64,000 nucleotides of DNA. It comes from Ostrea edulis. Lineage: Eukaryota. The notes under the pieces were generated by a model. It made no database searches and was not told where the DNA came from. It saw only the letters and a program-made list of their open reading frames with translations. Positions 26,170 to 39,703 of this stretch are shown piece after piece. The position numbers were made by a program, and so were the translations under genes. Every line of letters begins with the position of its first letter. Position 1 is the stretch's first letter. The stretch lies in the NCBI RefSeq assembly GCF_947568905.1, contig NC_079164.1:9486001-9550000 (forward strand), written 5' to 3'.

Positions 26170-29100
26170 TAAGTTGGCCAAAAGCATCCTTGGGTGAAGG
26201 GCTTTCAAGTTTGTTCAAATGAAGGGCCATGTCCCTTTCAAAGGGGAGATAATCACAAAAATGCAAAAATAGGGTGGGGTCATTTAAAAATCTTCTTCTC
26301 AAGAACCACTGGGCCAGAAGAGCTGAAATTTACCTGAAAGCTTCCTGACATATTGCAGATTCAAGTTTGTTCAAATCATGGCCTCCGGTGGTAGGATGGG
26401 GCCACAAGGGGGGATCAAAGTTTTACATACAAATATATAGGGAAAAATTTTAAAAATCTTCTTCTCAAGAACCACTAAGCCAGAAAAGCTGAGATTTACA
26501 TGAAAGCTTCCTGACATAATGCAGATTCAAGTTTGTTCAAATCATGGGCCCCTGGGGTTGGATGGGGCCACAATAGGGGATCAAAGTTTTACATACAAAT
26601 ATATAGTTAAAATCTTTTTCTCAATAACCACTGAGTCAGAAAAGCTGATATTTACAAGAAAACTTTCTGACATAGTGCAGATTCAAGTTTGTTCAAATCA
26701 TGGTCCCCGGGGGGTAGGATGGGGCCACAAGTGGGGGGGGGGGGGGTCAAAGTTTTACATACAAATATAGAAAAAAGCTTTAAAAGAACCATTGGGCCAA
26801 AGAAGTTGACATTTACATGAAAGCTTTCTGACATAGTGTAGATTCAAGTTTGCAAAGGGTAGTTTGGGCCATAATAGGGACCAAGGTTTTACATGCAAAT
26901 ATATATGGAAAGTCTTCAGATATGGGCCAAGGTGACTCAGGTGAGCGATGTGGCCCACGGGCCTCTTGTTTTGATTTGGTATTCCATATTGATTACTAAT
27001 TGGGGAGTGCTCTTTACCTGTTTTCAGGAGTGGGCGTTACATACAGGACGCTACAGAGAGGGTGTGGATCAGGCGGACTGGCCCACGTGGAAGACCCGCT
27101 TCCGCTGTGCCCTCAATAAACTTCCGGACATTCAGGAAATGAAAGAATACAATCAGCTGGATGGCAGTGAACCATTCCGCGCCTACAAATTTCTCAGCAA
27201 AGAAGGTGATTTTTCTCTACGAGAAGCATTTCCATAATCATTTCTTTATATTGTTGGAAAACTGAACAATTATGAGTCAGACTTAGTGTTGTGAATTTCA
27301 AGTAAAGTGGGCGGGGTTTAGACCTGTCGTAGCTGTGATAGAATGAGAGAAGAACACCAGCGTTGTAGTAATTCATGTTGAATATTCCCCTCCCTTTTGT
27401 TTCTATACAGAACTGAACCAGAAGAAATTGGGCAATAATGAATACCGTGAGGTCTGCACTTTGACGGTAAGTTTTATTCAATGCATTTAAACATCATAAA
27501 TAAAATGCCCCCCTTTCTCAGCACTTATCCAGACTTCTGTAACAGTATAAAAACATGTTCCTGTCATTCAGGCATCATCATCTCATATCTTGAAATAATT
27601 TTGCTGTTATTTATGTGTCACGGTTGTCCAGTAATGCCCGCCGGGGAAGACCTCTTCCCAATCTAGTTAGTGGTTCGAGTTTCAAATCTCAGTCCTGTTG
27701 CTGCATCGAACCAATGGTGTGTAACAAAGTCAGGGGTTGTTACTCTGCTAAGTGTCCGGCATTAGTGTGTAACAAAGTCAGGGGTTGTTACTCTGCTAAG
27801 TGTCCGGCATTAGTGTGTAACAAAGTCAGGGGTTGTTACTCTGCTAAGTGTCCGGCATTAAAGTGAAAGTTATGGGTCTGTTTTATATTTCCCCAAAACA
27901 GAGTTAAATACTATGTCACAGTAGGCCTTTCTCACACAACAGAACTCGTACTGCTAACAGTCTCGATTGTCATGCACACTACTGTAGGTCAAAATTTATG
28001 TCAGGTTATGTAAAGCGGGTGACATCTCTGTATGAGTGATAAATTCTCGAAACGGACTTACAACAACCTACAAGCAAACCTACCTAGTTTATGTATATGC
28101 TAGCTTATACAGATATGAATGGTTGGAAAATGGTGGTCATATATAAACGCATTCATTTCTGTATTATAAGAAATAAATTTCATTTTTGAAAATACATGTA
28201 CATGAGGGTATAAACTATGACGTTTTATGCCAGCAGACTTCATGGGGAAGTGTTAGTGCTTCAGAATCAAAGTACTGAAAGTATGCTGATGGGAAGTGTG
28301 GCTGTTTGACGCTTTATGCCAGCAGACTTCATGGGGAGACATTAGCGCTTCAGAAAAAGTATGCTGGCGGGAAGTGTGGCTGTTTGACGCTTTATGCCAG
28401 CAGACTTCATGGGGAGGCATTAACGCTTCAGAAAAGTATGCTGGCGGGAAGTGTGGCTGTTCATACCCTCATTTATTTCCAAGAATGAAACTCGTTTTTT
28501 ATATTTACATTCTACTTTCATTTCTGTCGGAATTCCCAGCAGTTAAAATAGACGGACTATATTTATCAAGATTCCTACAGACATTGTACACACCTGCATC
28601 ACATTCATGAGGAAATGGCTACCATTAGATTGGTAATAATATCGTACGCAAAATCATTGGAAATGTAAATATAAGTATAAAAGCACCATTTTCCAACCAT
28701 TAATTGATTCCTGCATAAGTATATACATGCCATTTTACAAACTTTCATTTCTATTTAAGTTATAAAAGCCAGTTGAATAATAAAAAGCCATATTTAAATT
28801 TCCCCAAAATTGCATTTGCTGCAATTTAAGATACTCCATAGAATACTCCCTACTAACAAGTATTTATTTCAACTGAAAGTTAAAGACTCTCCAATGTGCA
28901 GCTTTTGTGGTGTTCATATCGAAACATTAGAACATCTTTTTTTGACTGCATACAAATAAAGGAGCTATGGTGTGATGTTGAACAATGGATATTAGAACTG
29001 TTTCATATCCCTGTAAATTTTGACAAGCTCACTGTACTATTTGGTAAATACTGTAATAGACATATGTATAAAGTTCAAAACTTGATTTTGCTTATAGTAA

Positions 29101-29388
29101 AACAAAATATTTTTTCTTGTAAATATCAAAAGAGTCCGCAAGTACATATATCTGCGATTAGAAAAATAGTTACGGACATAATTGTGGTTGAGAAGTACTT
29201 CCTGCTACGAAACTGTAAATATGATGAATATGAAACTCACTGGCAGAGAATAAGTGAAAATCTATGTTAGTAATTAGGTCTATTTGTACTTTTTCATCAA
29301 ATAGGTTTGTGCTTCTTTTTTGTGTTTGATCAGTATATCTAGATATATTATACTTATCAAAATCTGTTACCAAGAAAATAATACTTAT

Positions 29389-29454
<66 letters not shown>

Positions 29455-32400
29455 TCTCTTTGACATCATACATATACTTACATAAACGAATAAAGTATAT
29501 GAAAATGAAATGTAGACAATATTTGAGTTAATGTTAATGAGTTCGTATTTTAAAATGAATTTAATATGTTGTGAAAATATCCATGTAACCTATCTCCCAT
29601 ATGTATGCAACAGTGTATGTGTGAAGTGAAAATTTTGTAAATAAAAAAATTATTTTTAAAAAAAGCCATTTTCCCACCGTTTTTTGTTTGTTTGTATTTT
29701 GTTTGATTTGGTAATTGGTATACAATTTATCTTTTTAAGCCGACTTCGAACACACAGAACCCAGCTCTACCTGACATAGTTCCAGTGGAGGTCAAGGCCG
29801 CACCCCAGTCCCAGTTACCCAATTTTCCCTCCGACCTGGAAGATCTGGAATTAGATCCAATAAAATCTGATCCAAATCTTCTAGCAAATACTCAGTTAAA
29901 TCACATAATTACACCAGCTAATGACATCAAAGAGGAGCCTGGTGACCATGGTGATGTAGAAATGACGGGTAATTGAAATTTATTTTTAACCTTGATTTCA
30001 AGTCATGCTACAAGACAATTTTTGGCTCACGTAGATAACACATATATATATTAAATACAAGTACAGTTGCACTTTGGTATCTCGGGTACCGATATCTTGA
30101 ATACCATGGATATGTCACAAAGTGATTCGGAAGTCCCAAATTCTTATTCTTTAAGTATTTTACCTTCATTATATCGAAGTTTTTTCTTGGTCCCATCAAC
30201 TTACGATAACGAGGTTTGACTGTAATCTGAAATTTTGTCAGTACTGGTATTTTGCCATGATCAGGATGATAATTAAACAGAAAATTAATTAAGATTTGCT
30301 TTTTGTTTAGAACTATATGCTGAATTGTCTCTGACAACTCGTGGGCCCCAGCAGCACCTCAGTCCCCTCCAGGTTCCCCGGCGACAAGAACCCCAAGGTA
30401 AGTCACCCAATAATACACTGTACATCTCAGTCCCCTCCAGGTTCCCTGGTGACAAGAACCCCAAGGTAAGTCACCCAATAACACACAGTACATCTCAGTC
30501 CCCTCCAGGTTCCCCGGCGTCAGGAAACCCAAGGTAAGTCACCCAATAATACACTGTACATTTTGTCTTTCTTTGAAGCAACTGATGATCAGAGGCAGAT
30601 CTAGCTGCAATAATGTAGCCCTCTCTGATTTTTTTGCACCTCTCTGGAATGCCTCAGAATAAAAAAAAAATGGATAGGGCTACATTATAGCAGCTAGAGC
30701 AGATCTAGAGCATTGCCAAAATGGGGAGAGTAACTTGTGATCTTAGAGGTCTTAGTACTGTTCAGCTCCAAACAGAGGGAGGGGGAGCAGTGGATTGCAG
30801 ATCTCCAAACAGAGGGAGGGGGAGCAGTGGATTGCAGATCTCTAAACAGAGGGAGGGGGAGCAGTGGATTGCAGATCTCTAAACAGAGGGAGGGGGAGCA
30901 GTGGATTGCAGATCTCTAAATGAACTGTTTTGGTCAAAAGTTTCCAACCACATTATAGGGACTCCCTCCTGTGTTGGCATTACAAGAATCTGGCATGTAT
31001 CCATATCTAAATCTAACAAATAATGGCAGGGACACACCCATCCATGGACACACCCACTCACCCAATGACAGGCAGAGATCCACATCCCAGATCTAAATAT
31101 AACTGTATTTGTACAACCTCACACTGACGAACAAGGTTCCATCAGGGCGAGAAATAATCATTTTTATTCACTGGTCATTTAGCCTATCAACTGAAATATT
31201 TACTGGTCAATTGTTAACTTTTATCGTCCCTTCGGATCAGTGGATATGAAAACGACTGGCCTAAATTCTGTATTCAATAATAATTAAACAATTTTAAGAT
31301 TAGGCCTAATATCTTGTTTATTTAAGCTAGCATCAACAGCGGGCTTAAAAAACGTTGTAATCTTATTATTCTTATACATGTTTTTCACTTAAACTTAAAA
31401 AAATAGCCGGTGTTATCTTCACCTTTTTTTGTCATTTGTGAAAGTGTCATGAATTAGACAACTCATTCTAAGAAACTTAATGCATCATCCCGATGTCTGT
31501 GTGTACACCAATTCTTGTGGAGAGTTGTCATATACACAAACGTTGCAATGATCCAGACTAAAGATATACTAACTCGGAGCTCCTCCTGTGGCTTATGCTT
31601 TTGTGTTAAGTGTAGAGAAATCATCCGAGGATTGTGGATTTTATGCTTCGCTTCTGATAACTTGTTCCTAGAAACATTCATGATTCTATCTACATTGTGT
31701 TAGGAGTTACATGTACTTCATAGTACAACTTAACAAAAGTGAAATCAAGAAATTGTTTTGCATGCTGTAAAAACCTGGACACATAAACATCTAATATTTA
31801 CAAGCCCGATTGTTGAGGAATTTTGATAAGTATTTAAATTAACTAGCCCTATGGGCACAAGCTTTTTAAATAGCACTTGCCCAAATCCAACATTTACTGG
31901 CCTCCCTCAGACCATCGGGCCATCAATTATGTCGAGCCCGGTTCCATATATCATACATGTAAACTGCTTTACCATGAAACTGCTATCGATGTAAATTAAA
32001 TGGTTTTGTTTTGAACATATTATATTGTAAGACCATCGAACATTAAGTGGCAAGAAAGGAAACATACAGCATTCATGATTTTGATCTGTGTGACATCACA
32101 ATGCAATGGGCAGATACTAACTCAGCACAGATTGAACAGATTTATCGCTGCACGGATGAGAATATTTTTCAGAGCTGAGTTTAGTGCATTGTACATCAAA
32201 TGTTTTGACTGTAACAGATGAAAATCACAAATGCTGTCTGTTTTATTTCTTGCCACTTAATGTTGGGTGGACTTGTATATATACGAAAGGACTGGATATG
32301 AGTTCTTTCAACAGAGTGAATCTTTCCCTTGTAAAACATACACTGAATGGCAATGATTGTCAGACATTGAGAAAATAAATAGTACATCTATAGACAACAT

Positions 32401-35400
32401 TGATTGATAGGACAGACATTAAAGTGCAATTAGTCAGTCTATTAATCAAAACTAATGAAAGATGTGAAATTGATTTATAATACTGTGGTATAATCTCATT
32501 TCTTGGAGAGAAAAGATCAGAAGATACAATACTTTACTGCAACTTCAGTTATTCAAAGTCCCAAGATACCTGCTCACAATCAAGAATTTGATTCAAGCAC
32601 ACTTTCATTTTACTCCATTTATATACCAATTCAAGTTTGTTAAAATCATGGCCTCCAGGGGTAAGATGGGGCCACAATAGGGGACCAAAGTTTTACACAC
32701 AATATACCGGTACATGTATAGGGAAAATCATTAAAAAAAAATTTCTAAAGAATCACTGGGCCAGAAAAGTTTACATTTACATGAAAGCTTCCTTACATAG
32801 TGCAGATACAAGTTTGTTAAAATCATGGACCCCGGGTGTAGAATGAGGCCACAATAGGGGATCAAGGTTTTACATACAGAGTGAAAATCTTTTTCTCAAG
32901 AACCATTGGGCCAAAGAAGTTTACATTTACATGACAGCTTTCTGACATAGTGTAGATTCAAGTTTGTAAAAATCATGGCCCCTGGAAGTAGGTTGGAGCC
33001 GCAATAGGGATCAACATTTTACATGCAAATATTTAGGGAAAATCTTCAAATATGGGCCAAGGTGAGCGATGTGGCCCTTGGGTCTCTTGTATTAGTGGAT
33101 GAATGTTAAAAAAGATCCTATCTGATGGAGATGTACTTCAAAAATGAATGTAATATTACATATGTATGGAGGTCTATTGAAATTAATCCCCATCTATCTT
33201 TATGGAAATTTTTCAAAATTCATATTAAAAATATCAGTAAAAAATTGTTACTCTTTTTGATTAACTCAGCTGAGATTTAACTAAGATCGTTTTGAGAAAT
33301 GTAATTTGAACAAAATCTCAACTAAGATAAAAACTCAGACTTAAGTTGAAACTGAGTTTAAGATTTGAGATTTTTTCGAGAAATCCAGGGCAGAATATCA
33401 GCATTTCAGTCATAACTTAAGATTTGTTCATGAAAGTTCAGAAACTCCCAACAGTTTGAAAGAGTGTTTCAAAATTTTATTTACAGACCACGAAATGGAA
33501 ATATTGCTTCGTTATTGCCAACAACAAGTTCAGATCTTCCATGTCCGAAGTCCACACGGATGCCGTCTTTTCTACGACCCGGAGAGGAATGACCAGATGC
33601 TACTGGAACCACTAAAACAGGAACTTTTTGGACCCGATCAGTTTGAACAACTGGAGTTCCCTCAGTGTGAGACAACCAACCCTGGTCAAGAAGAACACAC
33701 TTATAAACTTCTGACGGCATTAGACAGGGGGATGCTTCTGGAATGCCACAATGGCAATATCTATGCCACTCGAAAATCAAGGTGTGTACCTTTTTTTAAT
33801 GAACTAATATATAGTATAACTGCTATACGACATACTGCCATCCGACATTACTGCTATCAGACATTACTGCTATTTGGTATAACTGCTATATGGGATAACT
33901 ACTGTATAACTGCTATTTGGTATAACTGCTACAGTGTGGGTTGTAATCTTTGTGGTACTGTAAAGCATGGGTTTTTTCTGTGGGGTGATAATTTTTGTGG
34001 CTTAATTTAGTGGTTTCTGGTGCCATATATTTAGAACCCAAATCAGTTGGGTTTTGTTTTGTTTGTTTTTTTTTGTCAAGGATATGCATGTAGCACTCTT
34101 CAGTTTGGGAGGATAATAAACTATAGGGTGTTTTTTTCTGTCAGTTGTTTCTGATGATGGTAAAACATTTTACAGATAAATAATAAACACTACAATGCTT
34201 ATCAACTTTTATGTTTGGAACTCCTTGTCTGCCAAAATATATTCCGCTAAAATTATTTGTATACCTATGAGGTAGAAAATCATCAAATTTCACACCCGCA
34301 GAACAAAACCGCTATAGGGTATTATTTCATTGTACCTACTTGATCATAGCTAAAGTCCGTAAACATCGTTTTTGAAACATGTGAAATGACAAACACAATC
34401 TGTTCTCAATCTTTGTGGAGTCCTTGTTTAGAAATGGGAATAGGTAGTTTTACTCACCCGAGCTATAAGCGTGAGTCAACTTCTGATTGCTTGTCTGGTG
34501 TCCATCTGTAAACTTTACACGTTTCACTTCTTCAGAACCAGAGGTACCATGAGGATCCGGGTTAGAATATGTCTTCAGTGCCCCCTTGTTTGTCATAAGA
34601 GGCGACTAAATGGGGCGGTCCTCCGGATGAGACTGCAGAAACCAAGGTCCCGTGTCACAGCAAGTGTGGCACAATAAAGATCCCTCTCTGCTCAATGGCC
34701 ATAAGCGCCGAGCATAGTCCTAAATTTTGCAACCCTTCACCGGCAGTGGTGACGTCTCCATGTGAATGAAATTTTCTCGAGAGGGACGTTAAACACTATT
34801 CAATCAATCAATCAATCAGAACCAGAGAGCCGTTTTCAACAATATTTGCCATAAAGCATCCTTAGGTAGATGAAATTCAAAATGACATGTTTCAAATCGG
34901 ACATAAATATACCTGTAACTAAAAAATCTAGTGGCCTCTTTTAAATATATTCTTCTCAAGAACCACTGGGTCAGAGGGGACAAAACTTGTATGAAAGTTT
35001 CCTGAATGAGCATGATGAGTGGAGATTCAAATTAAGCAAATCATGCCCTTCGAGGTGGGACCACAATAGGGGATAAAAATTTTACGAGGAGATATATATA
35101 TACATGTGAAGCTAACTCGTACCCAGAGAGATTCTATTATAACTATGCATTAAGAATAAATAATTTATAAAAGATAATAAGAAAAAAATATCAACACAAA
35201 AAACATGTAAATGAATGAACACTATAAAAATGAAATAAGAACAAAATTAGAGAGAAAAATAATGTAAATAACAAGTTTGAATAGGTAAACAAAGTGGACC
35301 AACTCCAAACAAAAACAAAGAATAAGCAGCCTAGGAAATTGTATCAACATCAGACATTCCCGTACTGATCATGTCTAGGGTAGACTATATATAATTTCAC

Positions 35401-36424
35401 AGATAGGATAAATCTACAAAAATTGGAATTGCAGAATATATAATTCGCTATCTTTTAGAGTTAAAATAGTAAACATTTCCAAATGCAGATTCCAGTTCAT
35501 TCAATGCATGGCCCTGGAGGGTAGGATGGGGTCACAATTGGGGATCTATAATTTTTACATGGGAATATTTAGGAATATTGTTAAAATAAATTATTTTAAA
35601 GTCTTCTTTTCAAGACTAGCAGGGCCATGATAAGTCGAGTTAATCGGCAGTGTTTTCAGGAACCATTTATTCAAATATATGCATGAGTAGGATATCCAAT
35701 TTGTTCATGGAGTTATATATAGTCTTTGAATTGTTTTTTATTAAGAACCATTGGCAATAGTTAGTCATATTTCAAGTATGCAAGCATTCTAGTGCAGAAC
35801 AGAAAGAGTGTAAAGTCCTTTTGAAAATTTTCTTCTGATGAACAGCAGGGCCAAGATTACTCAGGTGAGCATTGTGGTCCATGGACCTTTTATTTACTGT
35901 GTAATAAGAAAACTATTTTCTTTTTGCCAGATGTGTAATATTCATCTCAACACCTGCTATCAACAATGGAGAACCGTTTAAACTAGAGAGAAATGTGAAG
36001 GTTCAGGTGTACGATTCCCACGGATACTTCGAACCCATGTTACAGCGCTATCTAAGCGGGGCGTCCAAAAAACCACTGTCCCATTTCGTGATTGGTTTTG
36101 GTCAGAGAATTATGTCCAACAACGCAGATCACAGTGGTCTTTTAATCTCTGCTCAGGTGAATCACAGTCGCTCCCAACATCGCCTAAACCAGGTGCGTAT
36201 GGAATCAATGAATTTCAAAAATGTCAACGAACCATATTCTTGAAAAATTATTGAAATGAAAAATCTGCGTGTTCTTTCATATGCTCTTTTAGGTATCATG
36301 TGCAAGCCCACTTTCGTCATCCATCAACATTTCACAGTCGGACGATTTTGACAAACTTTTAAAACTTGTCAAGGACGAGAGCAATGCGCAGGTGATGGAG
36401 ATATCGAATGGTCTTTCGGCGTGA
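23645..36424 (+). CDS. IRF: Interferon regulatory factor with IAD (IRF4/8/9-like); exons 23645-23845, 27028-27205, 27411-27466, 29740-29968, 30311-30397, 33487-33781, 35931-36192, 36293-36424 (479 aa)
   Basis: Trp-repeat DBD (RMRPWL, GLSWID, FKVPWKH, EWALHTGRY, WKTRFRCALNK) and C-terminal IAD (PHGCRLFY, GNIYATRKSRC). All junctions are GT-AG and phase-consistent, 1440 nt in total. The small linker exons 3-5 are less certain; subtype not assignable by eye. Confidence 0.85.
24955..25335. repeat. Degenerate tandem array (GGGATTAATTT/GTATAGGATT units)
   Basis: Direct reading. Confidence 0.7.
25926..26970. mobile_element. Helentron-like element with satellite array; 100-bp tandem duplication across its 5' junction (25897-26096)
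   Basis: TTAGCTCACCTGAACCG start, CAGGTGAGCGATGTGGCCCACGGGCCTCTTGTT end; CCATGTAGGGG at 25897 and 25997. Confidence 0.8.
27640..28080 (+). mobile_element. Degenerate SINE with an internal ~48-bp unit triplicated
   Basis: GGTTCGAG B-box-like motif; TGTGTAACAAAGTCAGGGGTTGTTACTCTGCTAAGTGTCCGGCATTA x3; the 3' part resembles the repeat at 34545-34815. Confidence 0.45.
28218..28461. repeat. ~78-bp tandem repeat, 3 copies
   Basis: TGACG(C/T)TTTATGCCAGCAGACTTCATGGGGA at 28218, 28307 and 28385. Confidence 0.85.
28802..29270 (+). mobile_element. L1/Tx1-type LINE 3' fragment (zf-RVT region)
   Basis: One frame reads PKLHLLQFKILHRILPTNKYLFQLKVKDSPMCSFCGVHIETLEHLFFDC, typical of the zinc-binding domain after the RT of L1/Tx1 elements. 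Confidence 0.7.
30360..30560. repeat. 68-bp tandem triplication of the IRF exon 5 / intron junction
   Basis: CCAAG|GTAAGTCACCCAATAA at 30397, 30465 and 30533. Confidence 0.9.
30766..30920. repeat. 37-bp minisatellite, 4 copies
   Basis: CTC(C/T)AAACAGAGGGAGGGGGAGCAGTGGATTGCAGAT repeated. Confidence 0.9.
32625..33091. mobile_element. 5'-truncated Helentron-like satellite element
   Basis: Same satellite units and GGTGAGCGATGTGGCCC...CTCTTGT end as 25926-26970. Confidence 0.7.
34445..35893. mobile_element. Degenerate Helentron-like element interrupted by a SINE at ~34545-34815
   Basis: Ends TTTTACTCACCCGAG and CTCAGGTGAGCATTGTGGTCCATGGACC; the SINE ends in a (CAAT)n tail and has a reverse copy at ~38940-39212. 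Confidence 0.55.
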
Positions 36425-37050
36425 CGTCATTAAATTTATGCTCACAAGGGTTGTTTTCATTGGTTGTTTGCTGTTAAGTAAGACTTTTTCCTTTACAAAT
36501 TGTTGATAACGGATATAAATATTGAGAATGAAAACCCTGTCATCCTGCTGTAGAGCGGACTAAACTTGATCGGTAGAATTTGATACAAGTCCAGAGAGGT
36601 GAAGTTAAGGAACCGGTATCCACTTATGAAACGTGTGATTTAATTGATTTGTACAATGGATTTTAATTTTAATTCGTAGATGATTTTATGTACCTAATGT
36701 ATTGTAGATACTTCAAAGTAATAAAACACGAGGCACGATTGAAACTGTTTGCTCTGATTTGATTTTAAATGATTTTTCATTGATTTGTCCGATATATTGA
36801 TTTTGTGACACAACCGAGGAGTTGTGATTGTCAGGAGTATATGTAACCATGCAACAGTGTTGTTTCTGGTTCCACACGCTCATGCTAACTAATGTTATTT
36901 ACAATATCTTAACATTTACCACCATTTTATTTTAGTTACTAGATAAAAATATTTCATGATCAATTCTTCTCTTATTCATTGAACATGTTGAAATGCGATA
37001 TTTTGTATGTAAAATACGTGGAATCTACATACACTGTCAAATTGACACAG

Positions 37051-38000
37051 AAACAAGAAGCCCACAGGCCTTATTGGTCACCTGAGTACTAGTTAAAAGT
37101 ATCACTAGTTCCAAGGACTATGAAATCTAGAAAAAAAATTCTTCTTCTGAATATCTAGACTAAATTCTAATATTCAGCAACAGTATAAAACAAGATGTGT
37201 TCTTAGGACTAAGGACCCATCTTAGAAAGGGAAATTTATACTTTTGGTGCATGATTCTTTTCTGCTTTTCCTATATCTGCACTGAGTTTTCATACTGTAT
37301 CAGCAAACCTAAAGAAGTCCTTCAAGTGACAAAGACAATAAGCACTAATAATAATTTTGGCTCCACCCTTGAATTTAGTATCAATAGCAAAAAATATATC
37401 ATTTTCATGTTTTACACATACATGTATATACACTATATGTATCAAGTTTGGCCCCACCCTAGAGTCAGAACCTCATCCCTGGGGATTGTGAAATTGACAA
37501 TCTTGGTAGAGGTCTTCCTGTTCTACATCACAATGCATTTAGTTTTTATAAAAGATATGCAGTTGTAAAGAAGATTTTTGAAAATTGGTCAATTTTGACA
37601 GTTTTAGCCCCGCTCCTAAGACCCTGGGGGTGCAGGAGTCCTGAAACTTACAATTAAATTTGAGGAGAATTTGAATGGTAGTTGTCATTAAGAAATTAAT
37701 TACTGACCATTTTGGCCCCACCTTAATACCAAAACCCTTACCCCTGGGATCATGAAATTTACAATTTTGGTAAAGGACTACTTGTTCATTTTAAATATTC
37801 ACTTTGTCCCCGCCCTGGAGTCATAGCTTCTACTCTACCCAGGGGATGTTAATATTTACAATTTTGGTAGAGAGCTTCCTGTTCTACATCATTGCATTTA
37901 GTGTTTCTTACAGATATTTGGTTGTTTGAAAATTTGTCAATTTTTGTCCCTTCCTTAAGGCACCAGTGGAGCAGGAGTCCTGAAATGTACAATTTATGTC
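37051..38000. mobile_element. Helentron-like element, opposite orientation
   Basis: Begins AAACAAGAAGCCCACAGGCCTTATTGGTCACCTGAG, the reverse of the family 3' hairpin; degenerate satellite units follow. Confidence 0.5.
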
Positions 38001-38939
38001 AATGAAGCGCCAAATTAACATAAACTCAAATAAAGAAGATATTTTTAATTATAATTGATGCGTGCAACAAATCAATTATTGCTCTCATCAATTTAATTAA
38101 TTAATTCAATTGATGAGAGCAATAATTGATTTGATATGCACACATTAATTCATTTCATGAGAGGAAGAATTTATTTGATACGTGCATTAATTCATTTTAT
38201 GAGAGCTGTAATTGATTTGATGCATGCATAATTCAATGCTCTCATCAAATCAATTGATTTGTGCATCAATGTGGTGAAATTATTGCTTGCAAAAATTAAT
38301 TGATTTGGAGAACGTTATAAATGATTTGATGATCTCTTCAATTCAATTGAAGATATCTTTAATTATATTGCAATGCTTTTGTGTAAGGAAATAATGTGTG
38401 CATTGATTCTTTTATAGAGAGGAACAATTCAATTACAGAGATCATTAATTCAGTTGTGGATATATTGAATTGAAGATATCTTTATACAGTTGCTCTCTCT
38501 AAAAGAATAATATTGCGAGCATCAATGCATTAATGATATCATTAATTCTATCGAAGAAAGCAATGATTCAATCACTGTGCGCATTAATTGAATTGATGTG
38601 CGCTACAGTTAAAGAGAGCAATAATTCAATTATTGCAAGCATTATTTGAATTGATGAGCGCATTAATTGAATTAATGCTCTCTTCAATTGAATTGTAGCG
38701 CACATCAATTCAATTGTTGATATCATCAATTCATTTGAAGAGAGCAAGAATTCCATTATATAGCACTCATCAATTCAGCAGAATGATTAAAGTGTTTGGT
38801 GGACCGAATTTCATCTGATAATTTTAGATTTTAATACATGAATTGTTTTTTCTGTCACATACTTCTACTTTATTTATTCATTTTTTCTGTCTTATTTTTT
38901 GTTTTTGTTGCTGAAGTTTTGATAACATTGGTTGGTTTG

Positions 38940-39212
38940 GTTGCATGATCTTAAACGTCGATCCCCCTTGAGAATTTGTCACGCCTATGTAGGCGTCACC
39001 ATTATCGACCAAAGTGCCGGTGAAGGGCTGCAAAATTTTGACCTTATGCTCGGCTCAGGCCTTTGAGCAGGGAGATAGCTTTATCGTGTCACACCTGCTG
39101 TGACAAGGGGCCTCGGAGTTTGCGGTCTCATCCAAAGGACCACCCCATTTAATAGCTTCCTACGACAAGCAAGGGGTACTGAGGATCCTTTCTAACCCGG
39201 ATCCCCACAGGA
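38940..39212 (-). mobile_element. SINE copy (same family as 34545-34815)
   Basis: Reverse complement shares GGATCCGGGTTAGAA, TGTCACAGCAGGTGTG, GATAAAG and GCAGCCCTTCACCGGCA. Confidence 0.65.
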
Positions 39213-39391
39213 TTGATAATATTGTTGTATAAATAAGATAGCAATGACAAAGTAAGAGTATCGAATTATATCAGAAATAAATGATTTATCTCGAACTGAT
39301 TTTTTCCTTAAGAAGAAATATTTAAAATGGTCCCAAAGAGAGTAACAGCAAGTTCAAAATATTCTGCAAATTGACTCTACTGTGTTAGACC

Positions 39392-39703
39392 TGTCAGTCA
39401 TGACTTAATCTGTCACTTATGACTTAGTCTGTCAGTTATGACTTAATCTGTCAATTATGACTTAGTCTGTCAGTCATGACTTAATCTGTCACTTATGACT
39501 TAGTCTGTCAGTTATGACTTAATCTGTCAATTATGACTTAATCTGTCAGTTATGACTTAATCTGTCAGTTATCATTTAGTCTGTCAGTCATGACTTAATC
39601 TGTCAGTTTTAACTTAATCTGTCAGTTATGACTTAATCTGTCAGTTTTAACTTAATCTGTCAGTTATGACTTAGTCTGTCAGTTATGACTTAATCTGTCA
39701 GTT
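39392..39703. repeat. 19-bp minisatellite, about 16 copies
   Basis: TCTGTCAGTTATGACTTAA units. Confidence 0.95.

Noticed and set aside
26015-26958. ORFs of 60-88 aa (also 16012-17179 and 32637-32846)
   Set aside because: Lie within non-coding Helentron-like satellite elements.
30959-31096. Coding-like frame (GLPPVLALQESG...) as an extra IRF exon
   Set aside because: Phase does not fit the exon 5 donor and the frame ends in a stop; exon 5 splices in frame directly to 33487.
38030-38790. AT-rich region with many short inverted motifs
   Set aside because: Looks like a degenerate simple-repeat family; I could not define boundaries or a consistent unit.
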